In this document: positions 63,845 to 64,000 of the stretch, one piece after another
How the letters are laid out: each line of letters opens with the position of its first letter
Numbering within the stretch: the first letter of the stretch is position 1
Source of the DNA: an uncultured Methanolobus sp.
GTDB lineage: Archaea; Halobacteriota; Methanosarcinia; Methanosarcinales; Methanosarcinaceae
Assembly (NCBI GenBank): GCA_963675495.1
Contig: OY776215.1
Location: 896,001-960,000 of the forward strand
DNA: 64,000 nt
Reading direction: 5' to 3'
Notes under the pieces: model-generated
Databases searched by the model: none
The model's input: the letters and a program-made list of their open reading frames with translations, nothing else
Told to the model about the DNA's origin: nothing
Program-made: the position numbers and the translations under genes

Positions 63845-64000
63845 TTGGGCCTTCATTTAACTTTACCCGATACACTTCGACCACGTTTTCGGGAGAGTTT
63901 TGGGAGCCTTTACAGAGGTAAAGGTGATGACACCATCAAAAAACTTTCCAAGGATCTCGGTAGTCCCACAAAACTTATATCCGTAGGTGATGTTACTACC
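63845..64000 (+). CDS. GTP-dependent dephospho-CoA kinase (DUF359), runs off the window
   Basis: TTG start; MGLHLTLPDTLRPRF...LISVGDVTT; conserved position after spt4. Confidence 0.8.
   Translation, partial: MGLHLTLPDTLRPRFRESFGSLYRGKGDDTIKKLSKDLGSPTKLISVGDVTT

Overview
Chromosomal window of a methanogenic archaeon. Gene content (hdrED, cfb, DUF1608 S-layer domains, dmrX) indicates Methanosarcinaceae, probably Methanolobus-like. Most of it is housekeeping: dys, pyrF, pycBA-birA, MCM, trmJ, hdrED, RNase P RNA, glutamate synthase-like and gdh, a marker-9/citG/DUF447/dmrX cluster, hflX, endA, glgP, cfbEDCB, egsA, purP-like and the eIF2g-PIN-rpoE-spt4 operon. The standout region is 1.6-13.9 kb. 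There a magnetosome MamK-like actin, translationally coupled to a segmented coiled-coil protein, lies next to a full polyphosphate toolkit: Ppx, Ppk1, a membrane-anchored CHAD protein, an extremely basic ferredoxin, MgtC/DUF4010, a two-domain PPK2 and a CYTH-HD protein. My hypothesis is an actin-based polyphosphate-granule tethering or positioning system. Other observations are a candidate C/A-rich-loop sRNA (38.05-38.15 kb), an uncalled DUF1059 gene with an ATA start, hairpins upstream of the glutamate synthase-like gene, a 2286-aa mosaic S-layer/LVIVD surface protein, and a cfb cluster lacking cfbA. All family calls come from motif recognition by eye; no database searches were run.
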